DNA of 64,000 nucleotides from Octopus vulgaris (Eukaryota). Where the stretch lies: NCBI GenBank assembly GCA_951406725.2, contig OX597835.1:19778001-19842000 (forward strand), read 5' to 3'. A program made the translations under genes and the position numbers. Shown here piece after piece: positions 1-13,589 of the stretch (position 1 is the first letter of the stretch; each line of letters opens with the position of its first letter). The notes beneath the pieces are model-generated. The model was given only the letters and a program-made list of their open reading frames with translations. It searched no databases and was not told the origin of the DNA.

Positions 1-13
1 AGGCTTCCCGATA

Positions 14-87
14 CACACACACACACACACAGACACACACACACACACACACATGCTCATAGAAATTACATATGTATAAAATATAAT

Positions 88-140
<53 letters not shown>

Positions 141-204
141 ATATATATATACATATATATATATATACATATATATACATACATACACATATATATATGT
201 ATAT

Positions 205-258
<54 letters not shown>

Positions 259-430
259 GTATATGTATATATATATATATGTATATATATATACATACAT
301 ATATAGATACATATATATATATATATACACACACACATATTTATATATATATACATGAGTGTGTGTGTGTGTATGTATATATACATATAGACACGCACGC
401 ACACACAAACACAAGCACACACACACATGC
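14..430. repeat. Compound (CA)n/(TA)n/(TG)n microsatellite tract
   Basis: Directly visible dinucleotide runs; explains the YI/CV-repeat ORFs. Confidence 0.95.
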
Positions 431-894
431 ATATATGCATGCGTATACATGTCAATGTTTGCGAGAATGTCTACGACTGTTTATTTGTACGCATGCGCCT
501 TCATAGGCAAGTATTTGTGCAATTGTATGCGTGCTTTCTCGTGGGGTCCTTCTCCCTCCGTCTCTACATCAATACATCTCCTCGATCGGTATCGTTACAG
601 CAGTCTATCAAACCACCAATATAGCGAAAAAAAATACACAAAACGAAGTGAAACATTACATCCGCTTTTGCCTTCTCTTCCATATCAGTGAAAAGGAAAA
701 GAAACGAGAAATTTATAACCGAACCGTTTAACATTTTATTGACTTGGCGGACATCTTTGTCTGTACGTCTACAATATAACAACGGCGATACATTACCGTC
801 CAGGCTGCTCTCATCAGTAAACACATTTCCTAGTTATATCATATGTTATATCGAGTCGGAAGTTTTTCAGATATATTCATGCGTTAAAATTCAT

Positions 895-1310
895 GTCATC
901 GTCGTAAACCTCGCGTCATCACCGTAGCCTCCATCACGGGCGTCGCCGTCGTCACCGTCATCCTCATCCTCATCCTCATCCTCATCATTAGCGTCGTCGT
1001 CGTCGTCACCACCATCATCATCATCATCCTTATCATGGTCATCATCATCTTCCTCATCATCTTCCTCATCATCTTCCTCATTATCATCATCATCATCACC
1101 ACCATCCCCTTCCTCCTGTTCCTCCTCCCCCTCCTCATCATCATCATCAACATCATCATAATCATCATCATCATCGTTGTCTTCACCGTCGTCGTCATCA
1201 TAATTAATCGTCATCAACATCATCATCATCATTATCATCATCATCATCGTCGTCGTCGTCGTCGTCGTCGAATCAGCATATTCATCAACACCATCAACGT
1301 TGTTATCATT
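895..1310. repeat. Degenerate (ATC/GTC/CTC)n trinucleotide tract
   Basis: Visible trinucleotide runs giving poly-D/E/I/M ORFs. Confidence 0.9.
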
Positions 1311-1600
1311 GCGCGAGAGAGCAGCAGCGCATGCCATCATGGTGAGGCTGGGTTGCAAATATTCCAAGCTCAATATGCCCATCATGGCTAGGCTACCCGT
1401 ATCATAAGGTTATACGAAACCGATACATCATAACCATACGTGCACGACATACTGAGTCTATATCAACGCAAACAGTGCATTACCGTGCATGCGTGACCCA
1501 GTATTTACTTCAGGTTGAGTAGCCCCTTCTGCACAAAAGATCCCTGAATAAGAGTTAGTTAGGGATGATGGACGAAGCAGCCATGTTCTCACATAGAACA
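1310..1600 (-). mobile_element. Old diverged copy of the distal half of the element at 47292-47850 (probable R4/Dong-type 3' UTR)
   Basis: Reverse complement aligns by eye to 47575-47850 (cttattcaggga, ggctactcaacctgaag, tatggtt.tgatg, tgatggcatg..ctgct, ctctctc). Confidence 0.75.
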
Positions 1601-1865
1601 TACCAGTTACGCACTAGGGTCGATGTAATCGACTTAATACCTTTGTCTGTCCTTGTTTGTCCACTCTGTGTTTAGCCCCTTGTGGGTAAAATACAAATAG
1701 GTATTTCGTCTATCTTTACGTTCTGAATTCAAATTCCACCGAGGTAGACTTTGCCCCTCATCCTTTTGGTGTTGATAAACTAAGTACCAGTTGTGTACTG
1801 GCGTCTATCTAAACGACTCTCCCCCTCCCCCAAAATTTCTAGCCTTGAGCTTCGAGTAGAAAAAG
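1601..1865 (+). mobile_element. SINE family A, 5'-truncated, 1.5 internal units plus terminal tail
   Basis: taccagttacgcact..gtcgatgtaatcgactt..aaataggtatttcgtc..; matches 8321-8554 and 18218-18782. Confidence 0.85.
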
Positions 1866-1974
1866 GATATTTGCATCGCTGATTATAAGCGAGAGTAGCA
1901 GGATAGCATCATAGTCATGTATTGAGAGGAGTGTTTTATAACTCTATGTGAGGACTCTATGTGAGGACATGTCA

Positions 1975-2140
1975 TATAAATGATGCACGTATTCTGTAGA
2001 ATCGTAATACAAGGTCTTGAGCATCAGGGATCGCCCCAACTGTCTCCTTATCTAGAAATCCATATCTTAACCACCACCAGGTTTGTTCATCAGCTTCAGT
2101 TGATGTTTGCAAGGAAAAACATCGATGTGTACAACTTTCC
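1975..2140 (-). pseudogene. R4/Dong-clade non-LTR retrotransposon ORF fragment (post-RT region)
   Basis: Translation ADEQTWWWLRYGFLDKETVGAIPDAQDLVLR resembles the R4/Dong motif W.WL..G.L..ETEG.I.AAQDQ.LRT (recalled family knowledge). Confidence 0.7.
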
Positions 2141-2285
2141 CTTCCTAGTTTGTAGAGCTGAGATAGCGGAAAGCGACGTATAGGATCAGAGACGTCACGT
2201 GAATTCTTGAATTCTGATCTTACCGTTGTCCAATCACATGACTTCAATGGACTAAGCTGTACTCTTCCTGAAGAAGCATCAATAA

Positions 2286-2366
<81 letters not shown>

Positions 2367-2369
2367 CAT

Positions 2370-2600
2370 TCAGTAGTTTTATTTTTATAGCGTGCTTTCA
2401 CTTCACTACCGAGCGCAGCTCTGTGTGCCTTGGGTATGTGCTGTGATTTGTTGTGATGCTCTGATGGTTATTGTATGGAAAGTGTTCTGCGTAGGATGTG
2501 TGCAGTGCCTAGTAGTGCAATTTTCTGTATGTTATATGTGTTTGTAAGTCCTGGTGTTTTTGTTATGTATTTGTCTGAATATTTTTTATCATGCCTAATC
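2370..2600 (-). mobile_element. R4/Dong-like 3' end, subfamily B, within a (TTA)n array
   Basis: Reverse complement of 48615-48849; encodes GMIKKYSDKYITKTPG..IQKIALLGTAHILRRTLSIQ*; flanked by (TTA)n at 2288-2366 and 2710-2810. Confidence 0.9.
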
Positions 2601-2709
2601 TGCCTAATCATGCCTAATCTGAATATTTTTTTATCATGCCTCATCATTTATATGACATGTTCAGACATAGAGTTATTTAAACTCTAAAACACTCCTCTCA
2701 AAACACTCC

Positions 2710-2811
<102 letters not shown>

Positions 2812-3300
2812 CCATTATAATCACAAGATCTGAAAATATGGTGAATATATTTTGGACCTGGTTATTTCACTCCTCGGATTTCTCTAACACCTGCTCGAAT
2901 TCAGAAATGATACCTAATAAATTCAGAACTGTATTTAATTTTCCAGTGTGTCCAAATATAATATTTAGATGAGATAATATAGTCGGCAGAAATTTTGAAC
3001 CTGGTATATACCTTATAATGTCATATATCATCCAATAACTCGAATCACAGTTTCGCAAATTACGAGGTGTGGCATTTTTGCTAAGATCGGTATTATCAAT
3101 TAAGTCGGGAAAAAATATTGCAACACCAGGTGAAAAAAAAAACTATCAAAAAATATCATTTGTGTTCCTTTCCAATGTGCCTCTAATTATCGCATGGAAC
3201 CAGGACAAAGCTGAATAGATGTACTCATTAAAATGTCATAATGATTCACAAGATATTTTGAAAGAAAAGATTATTCAAATTATGCCCTGTAGTAAAAGAG

Positions 3301-3570
3301 GTGGAGACGCAATGCCCCAGTGGTTAGGGCAGGGGACTCGCGGTCGGAGGATCATGGTCTCGATTCTCAGACCGGGCATTGTGTGTTTTTATTGAGCGAA
3401 AACACTTAAAGCTCCACGAGGCTCCGACAGGGGGTGGTGGCAACCCATGTTGTACTCTTTCACCCCAAATTTCTCTCACTCTTTCTTCCTGTTTCTTGAG
3501 TAACGCTGCGATGGACTGGCGTCCCGTCCAGCTGGAGGGAACACATACCCCATAGAAACCGGTAAAAGGG
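3301..3570 (+). mobile_element. SINE family C head with an alternative 3' part
   Basis: tRNA-like head ggagacgcaatgccccagtggttagggcag..; follows family C to ctttcttcctgtttct, then diverges. Confidence 0.8.
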
Positions 3571-4821
3571 CACGTAAAAAAGTAAAAGAAGTATGAAATA
3601 GCTGCAGATTTGAACCCAGAATCTGGAGTTTAGCAATTTTTTTCTACTGCCTGGTTTTCGCTTGCTCCAGTAAATAAACAGTTGAATTATGTCTGCTAAA
3701 CTTTCTTTTGTGTAATTCTATTTTCTTCCTTTAAGAGTTAAATATATATCAAGAGTAGTATTATTTCTGTCTGAAAGGGGAAAAAAAATTATCAAGAATT
3801 TTAAAATAATGAAAATATTTAGAAATACATTTGAATATGAATTTTTTTCAGACTGTAAAAAAAAAAGAAATTCTGAACCTTCATTTATGATATAAATTAA
3901 AAATAATAAAACAAACAAAATCGACAGAAATGAAAAAGAAATAGAAAAATAAAATTAATATAATTTATACAACAGTAAATGAAAAAAAAATCAATTTAAT
4001 TTTTATCAAATTCAATTAACGAAGAAATTAAACAATTTAAAGTAACATGAACATCAGTATACTCTTCCTTCTCCTCTTCCTCCTCATTCTTATACTCATC
4101 ATCATCTTTAGTGCCATCAGCATCAGAATCCTAAAAAAAACTACATTACTACGGTCAGCATGTGTATCATCATCTTCGTTATCATCACTGTGGTGGTGGT
4201 GGTCATTAAGGAAACCATTACCGTCATCAGTGTCGTGGTTATCAACATCATTATGAATATCGTATTCGTGGTCCGCGTCGTCATCCCCTTCTTCTTCTTC
4301 TTCTTCTTTTCCTTCTCAATTATCATCCTCACATTTAGCATGCGTCCTCCTCATCATCTAAACGCCAACAATACCACAATCATTAGCTTCATTATCAAAC
4401 TGATTGGACATCATTATCAAATCTGCATATTGTTACCACTCATTTGGTTATCGAAATCATGGTTTTCATCAAGATTACCGAAGATATGATCATCCGCATC
4501 AGAAACAGGTAGCAGCAATACCATCGGCAGGAGCAAGAGCATTGGAAACAATAACACACACACACACACACACAATATGGAAATAAGGTGATTGTCTTTT
4601 CACAATCATTAGAGAATCTAACGTTTAAGAATACAATAATGGTGAATGTCTGTATGATATTTACTCTGCTATGATACGAATCCTCACGTTTTATTTTCCA
4701 ATCTTGCTGAGAACACTTCATTATTTTCTTATTGACTCGAATAAAAATGAGACATTCCGGAAATTCCCGAAAACACACCGTTAAAATCGTCAACGAAAAT
4801 TAAGAACGATTCGTGTAATTA

Positions 4822-5345
4822 TGGTCAGCTGGCAGAAATGTTAGCACGCTGGACGAATTACTTAGCAGTATCTCGTTTGTCTGCACGTTCTGAGTTCAAA
4901 TTCTGCCGTGGTCGAATTTGCCTATCATCCTTTCGGGGTCGACAAATTAAGTAGCAGTTGAGTACTGGGCCCAATGTAATCGACTCTCGCCCCTCTCCCA
5001 AATTTCAAGCATTGTGCTTATAGTAAGAAAATTCATTTCCTTACTGTCGGGGAGAAAAATTATCCATTCGCGAAATTCACGAAAACGCACCGTTAAAATC
5101 GTTAACGAAAATTAACTACGATTCATATAATCATGGTGTGCTGCCAGAAAAGTTAGCAGGTTAAAAAAAAAATTCTTAGCGATATTTCGCACGTTGCTAC
5201 GTTCTGAATCCGAATCTCACCGATGTCGACTTTGCCTTTCATCTTTTAGGGGTCGATAAATTAAGTACCCATGGAACACTAGGGACGATGTAATCGACTG
5301 TCCCACTCCCCCAAATTTCAGGCTTGTGCCTATAATAGAAAGTAT
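4822..5345 (+). mobile_element. Two diverged SINE A copies (4822-5025 and 5133-5345)
   Basis: agctggcagaaatgttagc..cgttctgagttcaaatt..ctttcggggtcga..aaatttcaggcttgtgcc motifs. Confidence 0.8.
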
Positions 5346-5349
5346 TATT

Positions 5350-6060
<711 letters not shown>

Positions 6061-6062
6061 TA

Positions 6063-6168
<106 letters not shown>

Positions 6169-6177
6169 TTAATAATG

Positions 6178-6284
<107 letters not shown>

Positions 6285-7459
6285 TTAAGAAAGGTAATGG
6301 TGTCAGTAAGACTCAAAGGTGTCAGGTAATGCTGAGTAAGTGCTATGGGCAGACTATAGTTAAGCTCCAATGTTGGTGTTTCTTCGAATGAGTTGTCCAA
6401 CGTCTGTCATATATTCAAAATTCGGACAGAATTTATGGGATGACCTGGTAATTCAACTAGATACAATATCCGTGTATATCTCATGTTGAATTCATGTCTG
6501 TTTGTATAGAAAAAAAAACTGAAAATTTTCGGTATTTAAAACGTGAATCAATCACCTGTAGTACAAACAAAATGCTTCAGGAAGCTCAAAGAAGATTTTA
6601 ACCGGAATGTTGTTTTATGGCTATACATAGACTGCATTTAAATAGTGGTGGATTTGTCATTCACTCTGATTCATCTATATAAAATTGTTCGCATATTACT
6701 GTAATCCATTACAGCTTAAACAACAATATTCTCTGGGAAATTTCATCTGAAAAATCTTTCTCAAACTTGTGTAAGTGTTACGTGTTCGTCTCTCTGACAA
6801 ATTAAAGTACCTGTCAAACACTCACATTCAGGTGAATCATTTGATCATGCGCTTCCTAATATCGATTTCTATGCTTCTCCAGACCAATTAACATGGCATT
6901 CGGTCAATTTGAATCCGAGGAATAATTCTGTGCAATGTATTCTTCGTTTGTGTGGCAGTTGTATTCCAGCTGAGTGAAACTTTTCTGAATTTTCTGCCAA
7001 GGGGCGAATGCAGACATCTCTATTATTCGATTGTTTCCTTTCTATTGACTAATGTAATTAATTAAGCTACAGAGTCGTTAGTCGTGTGTTGTGTGAGATA
7101 TAATTGTTTATAAAGTTCTGGTAAAGATGTTACTCCTACTGGAAATACCGGCATCTTTACACGACAATAAATTCTAGTAAATACCTGGCCGTTAAGATTG
7201 ACATGTCCGATTTTTAAGTGAAAGTTTATTCTATTTTATCTCAACAGAAAAGCAATGCTGCTAATCAAAAATATGCACCTAAATTATCAACACATCAACA
7301 TAATTTTTCCATTCTATCGGTAGCTTAATCATGCCGGCAGCGAATGTTTCTGGGGAGCAAGAAGGTGATGAAATCACGAAATTCTGTTTTTTTCATCTTC
7401 TTCAGATTTGAAGTTTTTACCTTGCAAAAATTTGCCTTGCCTGGAAAACGTGATAGACA

Positions 7460-7590
7460 GTTTGTGTGTCTGTTTGGCTCCCGAACATCACTTGACAAAA
7501 GATGCTGGTGTCTTTACGTCCCCGTAACTTAGAGGTTCGGCAAAAGAGATCCGATAGAATAAGTACTAGGCTTAAAAAGAATAAGTCCTA
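7460..7590 (+). mobile_element. SINE family B, 3' fragment
   Basis: gatgctggtgt..acgtccc.gtaacttag.ggttcggcaaaagaga..gatagaataagtactaggctt. Confidence 0.8.
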
Positions 7591-7604
7591 AGTTGCCAGA
7601 ACTA

Positions 7605-7839
7605 ACTCTCTTTACACTTTACTCTTTTACTTGTTTCAGTCATTTAACTGTGGTCATGCTGGAGCACCGCCTTTAGTCGAGTAAATCGATCCCAGGACTT
7701 CTTCTCTGTAAGCCTAGTACTTATCCAATCGGTCTCTTTTGCCGAACCGCTAAGTTATGGGGACGTAAGCACACCAGCATCGGTTGTCAAGTGATGTTCG
7801 TGGGCCAAACAGACACACAAACACACACACACAAGCATA

Positions 7840-7900
<61 letters not shown>

Positions 7901-8062
7901 ATATATACGACGGGCTTCTTTCAGTTTCCGTCTACCAAATCCACACACAAGTCTTTGGTAGGCCCGAGGCTATAGTAGAAGACACTTCCGCAAGGTGCCA
8001 CGCAGTGGGACTGAACCCGTACTATGTGGTTCGTAAGCAAGCTACTTACCACAGAGCCACTC
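7605..8062 (-). mobile_element. SINE family B, near full length, with internal (TA)n
   Basis: Reverse complement of 33306-33712. Confidence 0.9.
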
Positions 8063-8320
8063 TTAACTAGTACATTTCATATAATACCATTTCAGCAACG
8101 TGAAATCCTCACAAGTCCATAGACATACAAACTTAGATATATTTGTATGCATTTATGTATTACTATGTGAATTTTATGAAAATGCGTATCTACAATTTCA
8201 AACTTTAATGGGGAAAGCTTTTGATGACTTCAACGTTTATTCTGACTAGTAAAGGACACATAATACTCGAAATCACTGCTGGTAAGCTGGCTTGGTTAAT
8301 TTTAAAGTGGTATAATTATA

Positions 8321-8554
8321 AGGCGGCGAGCTGGCAGAAACGTTAGCACGCTGGGCGAAATGCGTAGCCGTATTTCGTCTGCCGTTACGTTCTGAGTTCA
8401 AATTCCGCCGAGGTCGACTTTGCCTTTCATCCTTTCGGGGTCGATAAATTAAGTACCAGTTACGCACTGGGGTCGATGTAATCGACTTGATCCCTTTGTC
8501 TGTCCTTGTTTGTCCCCTCAGTGTGTTTAGTCCCTTGTGGGTAGTAAAGAAATG
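8321..8554 (+). mobile_element. SINE family A with 12-bp TSD ggtataattata
   Basis: tRNA-like head (A-box-like agctggcagaaacg, B-box gagttcaaattcc); TSD at 8309-8320 and 8555-8566. Confidence 0.9.
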
Positions 8555-8695
8555 GGTATAATTATAGGCAGCAGTTACACACTAGGATAAATTTTATATC
8601 TTACGATAAACTTGGACAATTTTTGCATCGCTGTGCTCTCAGATCAAAGCCTCGTAAAGGCGTGGATTTCTTTAAATATGACTGACACCAGCATT

Positions 8696-9077
8696 TCAAT
8701 ATATATAAACGGCAGTTTGCCTGTGTGTGCTTCTGTGTGTCTGTTTGGTTGTACCCTCACACTGACCACGGCTTTCAACCGATTCTGATGAAACTTGACA
8801 CACACATAGCCCAATGTCATAATTCAAAACTAACGCAGCGAAAATTTTGAAAAGTTCCCCCAGTTCTGAAAAAGATCGATAAATTCGACATGGGGTCGAC
8901 AATCAGAAACACAAACCACAGATGGTCTAGGGGACGCAACTCGACCTTTTTAACTATTAAAAAAATTTACCATCATTTTTTTCCCCATTTTTTTGCTATT
9001 TTTTGGCTATAACTCTCTAAAAATGCTTTATAGTTATTTCCCTTACAAACCCGAGCAACGCCGGGTGATACTGCTAG
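8696..9077 (+). mobile_element. Non-autonomous Helitron
   Basis: 5' TC..TATATATAAA; 3' hairpin cccgagcaacgccggg then CTAG|T; 3' end shared with 30836-31349 and 56200-56583. Confidence 0.8.
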
Positions 9078-9287
9078 TTTCAATATATATGTACGTGCAG
9101 CAATATTTTTTAAAGATATGATCGAAACATGAGTGTTATTAGCACGCGGGTATCGAAGAGCTATCTCTCAGGGAAGTTTTAGGTCTAATGATTAACATCT
9201 TCAGAAAAATAATTAAAGTTTATTATGCAGGCAATTACTTTTTATAACTATTACTATTTTCATTCTTTCCTGATTTTCTACTGGAAC

Positions 9288-9291
9288 TCTT

Positions 9292-9380
<89 letters not shown>

Positions 9381-9437
9381 CATCATCATTATTATTATTA
9401 TTATTCTATGTTTGACATTATTATTATTATTATTATC

Positions 9438-9529
<92 letters not shown>

Positions 9530-9592
9530 CATCATCATCATTACTACTACTACTACTATTACTACTATTACTACTACAACTACTACTACTAT
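9288..9592. repeat. (TTC)n/(TTA)n/(ATC)n/(CTA)n compound microsatellite
   Basis: Visible runs. Confidence 0.95.
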
Positions 9593-11952
9593 TAGTGCAT
9601 TTTTCTGGTTTGCGTTTCTTTTAATTATTAAACTGAATCTTGAATCTGCTCTGATCTGAATTTTACATTTGAAATGACTTTCAAAAATGATAATTTTGTG
9701 CATCGTTTCAGAATAGTTTCAACACTAATTAATTACTAAAGAAAATTTGTGTTACATTATTAACTGCAATATTTCTTTTTTTTATATTCGTTAAACTTTT
9801 CCTTTTAATTTTTATTACTTTCTGCGTTACATTCTTCTTTTTTTATTTTAATTTAATTGTTGTCTGGATTAATTGCAATATTTTTTTAGCTAATTTGCAT
9901 CAATATTTTCTTGATTTTTTTAACGATGCTACTTTGAGTGATATTAATTTCAAAATAGTTTTGGCGGAATTTACGTTTTCGTTTTTATTAATTTTATTTG
10001 TGAATCATTTCCAGTGCAGTACACTTCATTCTACTAACCATTGAACGGTTAAGAAGGGACGAAGCTTAATGTGACAGTCAAGGAGACAGAATAAAGCCAT
10101 TGACCTTTTAACTTTCTGTAAACAGAGCACAGATGGCCAGGTAAATAGGTTACTGGGCAAACAGTTCTCTGGAAAAAGGAAAAGTATTTTTAATTTAATT
10201 TCTTGTCTCTTTTACATTTATACCGGAACGAACAAGAGGTTAACATTCGGTCATTTTTTGGTACATGGACACGAAAATCGAGACATAACACCCACACCGC
10301 CTCCGACGATGACGGTGTTACTTTGAGAACAGACCATTGGATATTATGTCCCCATGTATAATGTCTGTGTGTCAAAGAGAGCTGGGAAAACAATTATTGG
10401 CATGCCTATTATTAAAGACTTTTCTTGCCACTTCAATAAAATAATTTGTTGTTACCAGCTGTTTCTTATCAGATTATATTCGTATCAATTATGTATAATT
10501 AAGTTAATTATTATTTCTTACATATAGGTGAGGTAAGAATATTATTGGCAAACAATTAATTCCACATCGATACTAGCATGGTACATTATTCTATCGATAA
10601 ATGTAAGTTGAAAAACGTGATTTAAGTTTACACTTGAAAACTTACTAACAAAACTTATAATGAAGATACTAGCCAATACTGGATCAAAATCCTTGTCCTA
10701 ACCATTCTACCAAATCACAAACCGATAAGAAACGATATATTCTAAATTAGGTGAAGGCCAATAAATTTGAGTGGAGGTTATTAGTAGAAACCATTGAGCA
10801 TATTACTTGATGTGTAATTCCTTTGAAAACTACGAAATAATGAAAGCCAAATTTGACATCGGCAGGATTTGAACCTATAGATTAAAAGGGTGGAATATTT
10901 GCGACAAACCATTCCTTTCTCCTATTCATTAAGGATTATTTCACTAATATCTATTATTCGAATGCTTTGCGTTAATATTTTTACTTCACTTACTAGATCT
11001 CAAGACTAAAAAAATACTTTAAGTGATTAATTCTGGTTATCATTGTATAAAATGAGTCACATGATACAAACACACTTCTATGATTACTACCGGCTAACCA
11101 AACACCTACATAACAAGTAGATGAAGGTAAGCTTACCAAAGTGTTAGAGTAGAGATGATGCACACACGTACACACACGCACACACACACACACACACATA
11201 CACACATACACACACACACAGATGTTAGATCATTTCAAAATGTGAATGACACATATATTTAGAAATGAATATTTCTAAATATTGTAAATGAACATTTCTA
11301 AATATTCTATATCAATATTTCTAAATATTCATTGCTCAAGGCTCAAAATCCCCCCATCTCTCTACGAGCCATCAAAGAATACCTGTTGACAATTTGATTT
11401 CTAGATACGCCGGGAAAACCTCTAGCAACATTTATTAATAAAAACCAAAAAGTACCCTCTGGATACTGTATTTGATTATATAGTTATGTTGGAATTATCA
11501 CAGCTGCAATTTCTTCGCCCAGAGAATTGCTCTCCTACTTGTCCTCTTCCCCAACCCTCCACTTCCTGTTCCGCTTCTGCCTCCCTCTCTTACCCTTTCC
11601 CAGTATTTTACCGCCCCTTCCTTGATATCCATCTCCATCAGTGCTTTCTTTGTATGTCTGGTCAAGGGTGGAACCAATTTTTTAAAGATTTACTGGAGTT
11701 TGCTCTCTCTCTCTCTCTCTCTTCCTCATCCATATCACTCCTGTCTCCGAGAGGGATGTGTGACTGGGAGATAGTCATATATGGAATGTCTTTGAGCATA
11801 CATTCCCTGGATGTTTGTCTGGATATTCTCATCCGTCCATTCTCTCCTCCCTCCTATCTGTTCCTTTGCTTCCCTGCTGCCATCTCCACCATAGTCCAGC
11901 AGGTTTACGTATGCCTTATGTGACTCAGAGAATATCAACTCGTTTACATTTG

Positions 11953-12294
11953 AGTGAAGGCGCATGGCTCAGTGGTTATAGCGTCGAGCTTACGATCGTG
12001 AGGTTGTGAGCTCGAATCCCGGACCGGGCTGGGTGTTGTGTTCTTGAGCAAGGCACTTTATTTCACGTTGCTCCAGTTCACTCAGCTGTAGAAATGAGTT
12101 GCGACGTCACTGGTGCCAAGCTGTATCGACCTTTGTCTTTCCCTTGGATAACACTGGTGGCGTGGAGAGGGGAGGCTGGTATGCATGGGCGACTGCTGGT
12201 CTTCCATAAACAACCTTGCCCGGACTTGTGTCTAGGAGGGTAACTTTCTAGGTGCAATCCCATGGTCATTCATGACCGAAGGCGTTCTTTACCC
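11953..12294 (+). mobile_element. SINE family D (tRNA head, CORE-like centre) with 10-bp TSD tttacatttg
   Basis: ggcgcatggctcagtggtt..ctcgaatccc head; gtgttcttgagcaaggcacttta centre; TSD at 11943-11952 and 12295-12304. Confidence 0.85.
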
Positions 12295-12482
12295 TTTACA
12301 TTTGTTTCTAAACAAATGTCACGAAAACATTTGAATCAGAAACTGGGATGTTCCAAATTGGAAAGCCTTTCTCAACATGACTTATCAATATAAATTGCTA
12401 CAGTCGTCAGGTGTAAGAAAAGCATCAGCTGGAGTATATCAGCGTTTTGCACATATTTTGCGCCATTGAAGAGTGAGGCCAA

Positions 12483-12864
12483 TGGAAGCACTCCGTCGGT
12501 TACGACGACGAGGGTTCCGGTTGATCCGATCAACGGAACAGCCTGTTCGTGAAATTAACGTGTAAGTGGCTGAGCACTCCACAGACACTTGCACCCTTAA
12601 CGTAGTTCTCGGGGATATTCAGCGTGACACAGAGAGTGACAAGGCCGGCCCTTTGAAATACAGGTACAACAGAAACAGGAAGTAAGAGTGAGAGAAAGTC
12701 GTGGTGAAAGAGTACAGCAGGGATCACTACCATCCCTGCCGAAGCCTCGTGAAGCTTCAGGTGTTTTTGCACAAATAAACGCTCACAACGCCCGGTCTGG
12801 GAATCGAAACCGCGATCCTATGACCGCGAGTCCGCTGCCCTAACCACTGGGCCATTGCGCCTCC
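12483..12864 (-). mobile_element. SINE family C, full length
   Basis: Matches 19778, 27398, 55416 and 59992 copies; flanked by agtgaggc direct repeats. Confidence 0.92.
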
Positions 12865-13180
12865 GTAGTGAGGCTAAACAGCATTAGAGAATGGAAGGGA
12901 TAACATAAAATGTGCAAAGATAAACTGTATTTCAGAACTGAGTATTTGCCATTCAGCAAGAAAAACTGCGACTGAAGAGATAATCTAACCTCGTGAGTTT
13001 CTAGAGACATCGAATTATTTTCTTGACAAAATATCTCGTAAGTCATTTGTCATTAGTCTCCTTTCATTTATTCTATATATTTTGTGATACCTAAAAACAC
13101 GGAGTTCAGGGCTACATTATTTACACACAAATACACACACACACACACACACGAACACACACACACATACACACACACAT

Positions 13181-13400
13181 CTGGCAGAAACGTTAGCACG
13201 CCGGGCGAAATGCTTAGCGGAAGTTCGTCTGCCGCTACGTTCTGAGTTCAAATTCCGCCGAGGTCGACTCTGGTTTTCATCCTTTCGGGGTCGATAAATT
13301 AAGTACCAGTTACGCACTGGGGTCGATGTAATCGACTTAATCCATTTGTTTGTCCTTGTTTGTCTCCTGTGTGTTTAAACCGTTGTAGGTCGTAAAGAAA
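13181..13400 (+). mobile_element. SINE family A
   Basis: High similarity to 8321-8554. Confidence 0.9.
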
Positions 13401-13410
13401 TATATATATG

Positions 13411-13480
<70 letters not shown>

Positions 13481-13589
13481 TATTGAGCAAACTTATCAGT
13501 AGTTTATCCATAATGAAAACTGGAAACAACAGTCGCGGAAATTTGCTACTAATGTAATACGTAATGACCAGGTAGGTAGCTTTCTTCAC

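Noticed and set aside
720-830. Minus-strand ctgatgagagcagcc as a hammerhead core
   Set aside because: No matching GAAAC or stem closure found by eye.
11486-11965. 145-aa and 76-aa ORFs
   Set aside because: Pyrimidine-rich composition with no recognisable motif; cannot be supported as coding.
11956-12030. tRNA gene-like sequences here and at the heads of SINE A, B and C
   Set aside because: They continue into SINE bodies with TSDs and lack a proper acceptor stem and terminator.
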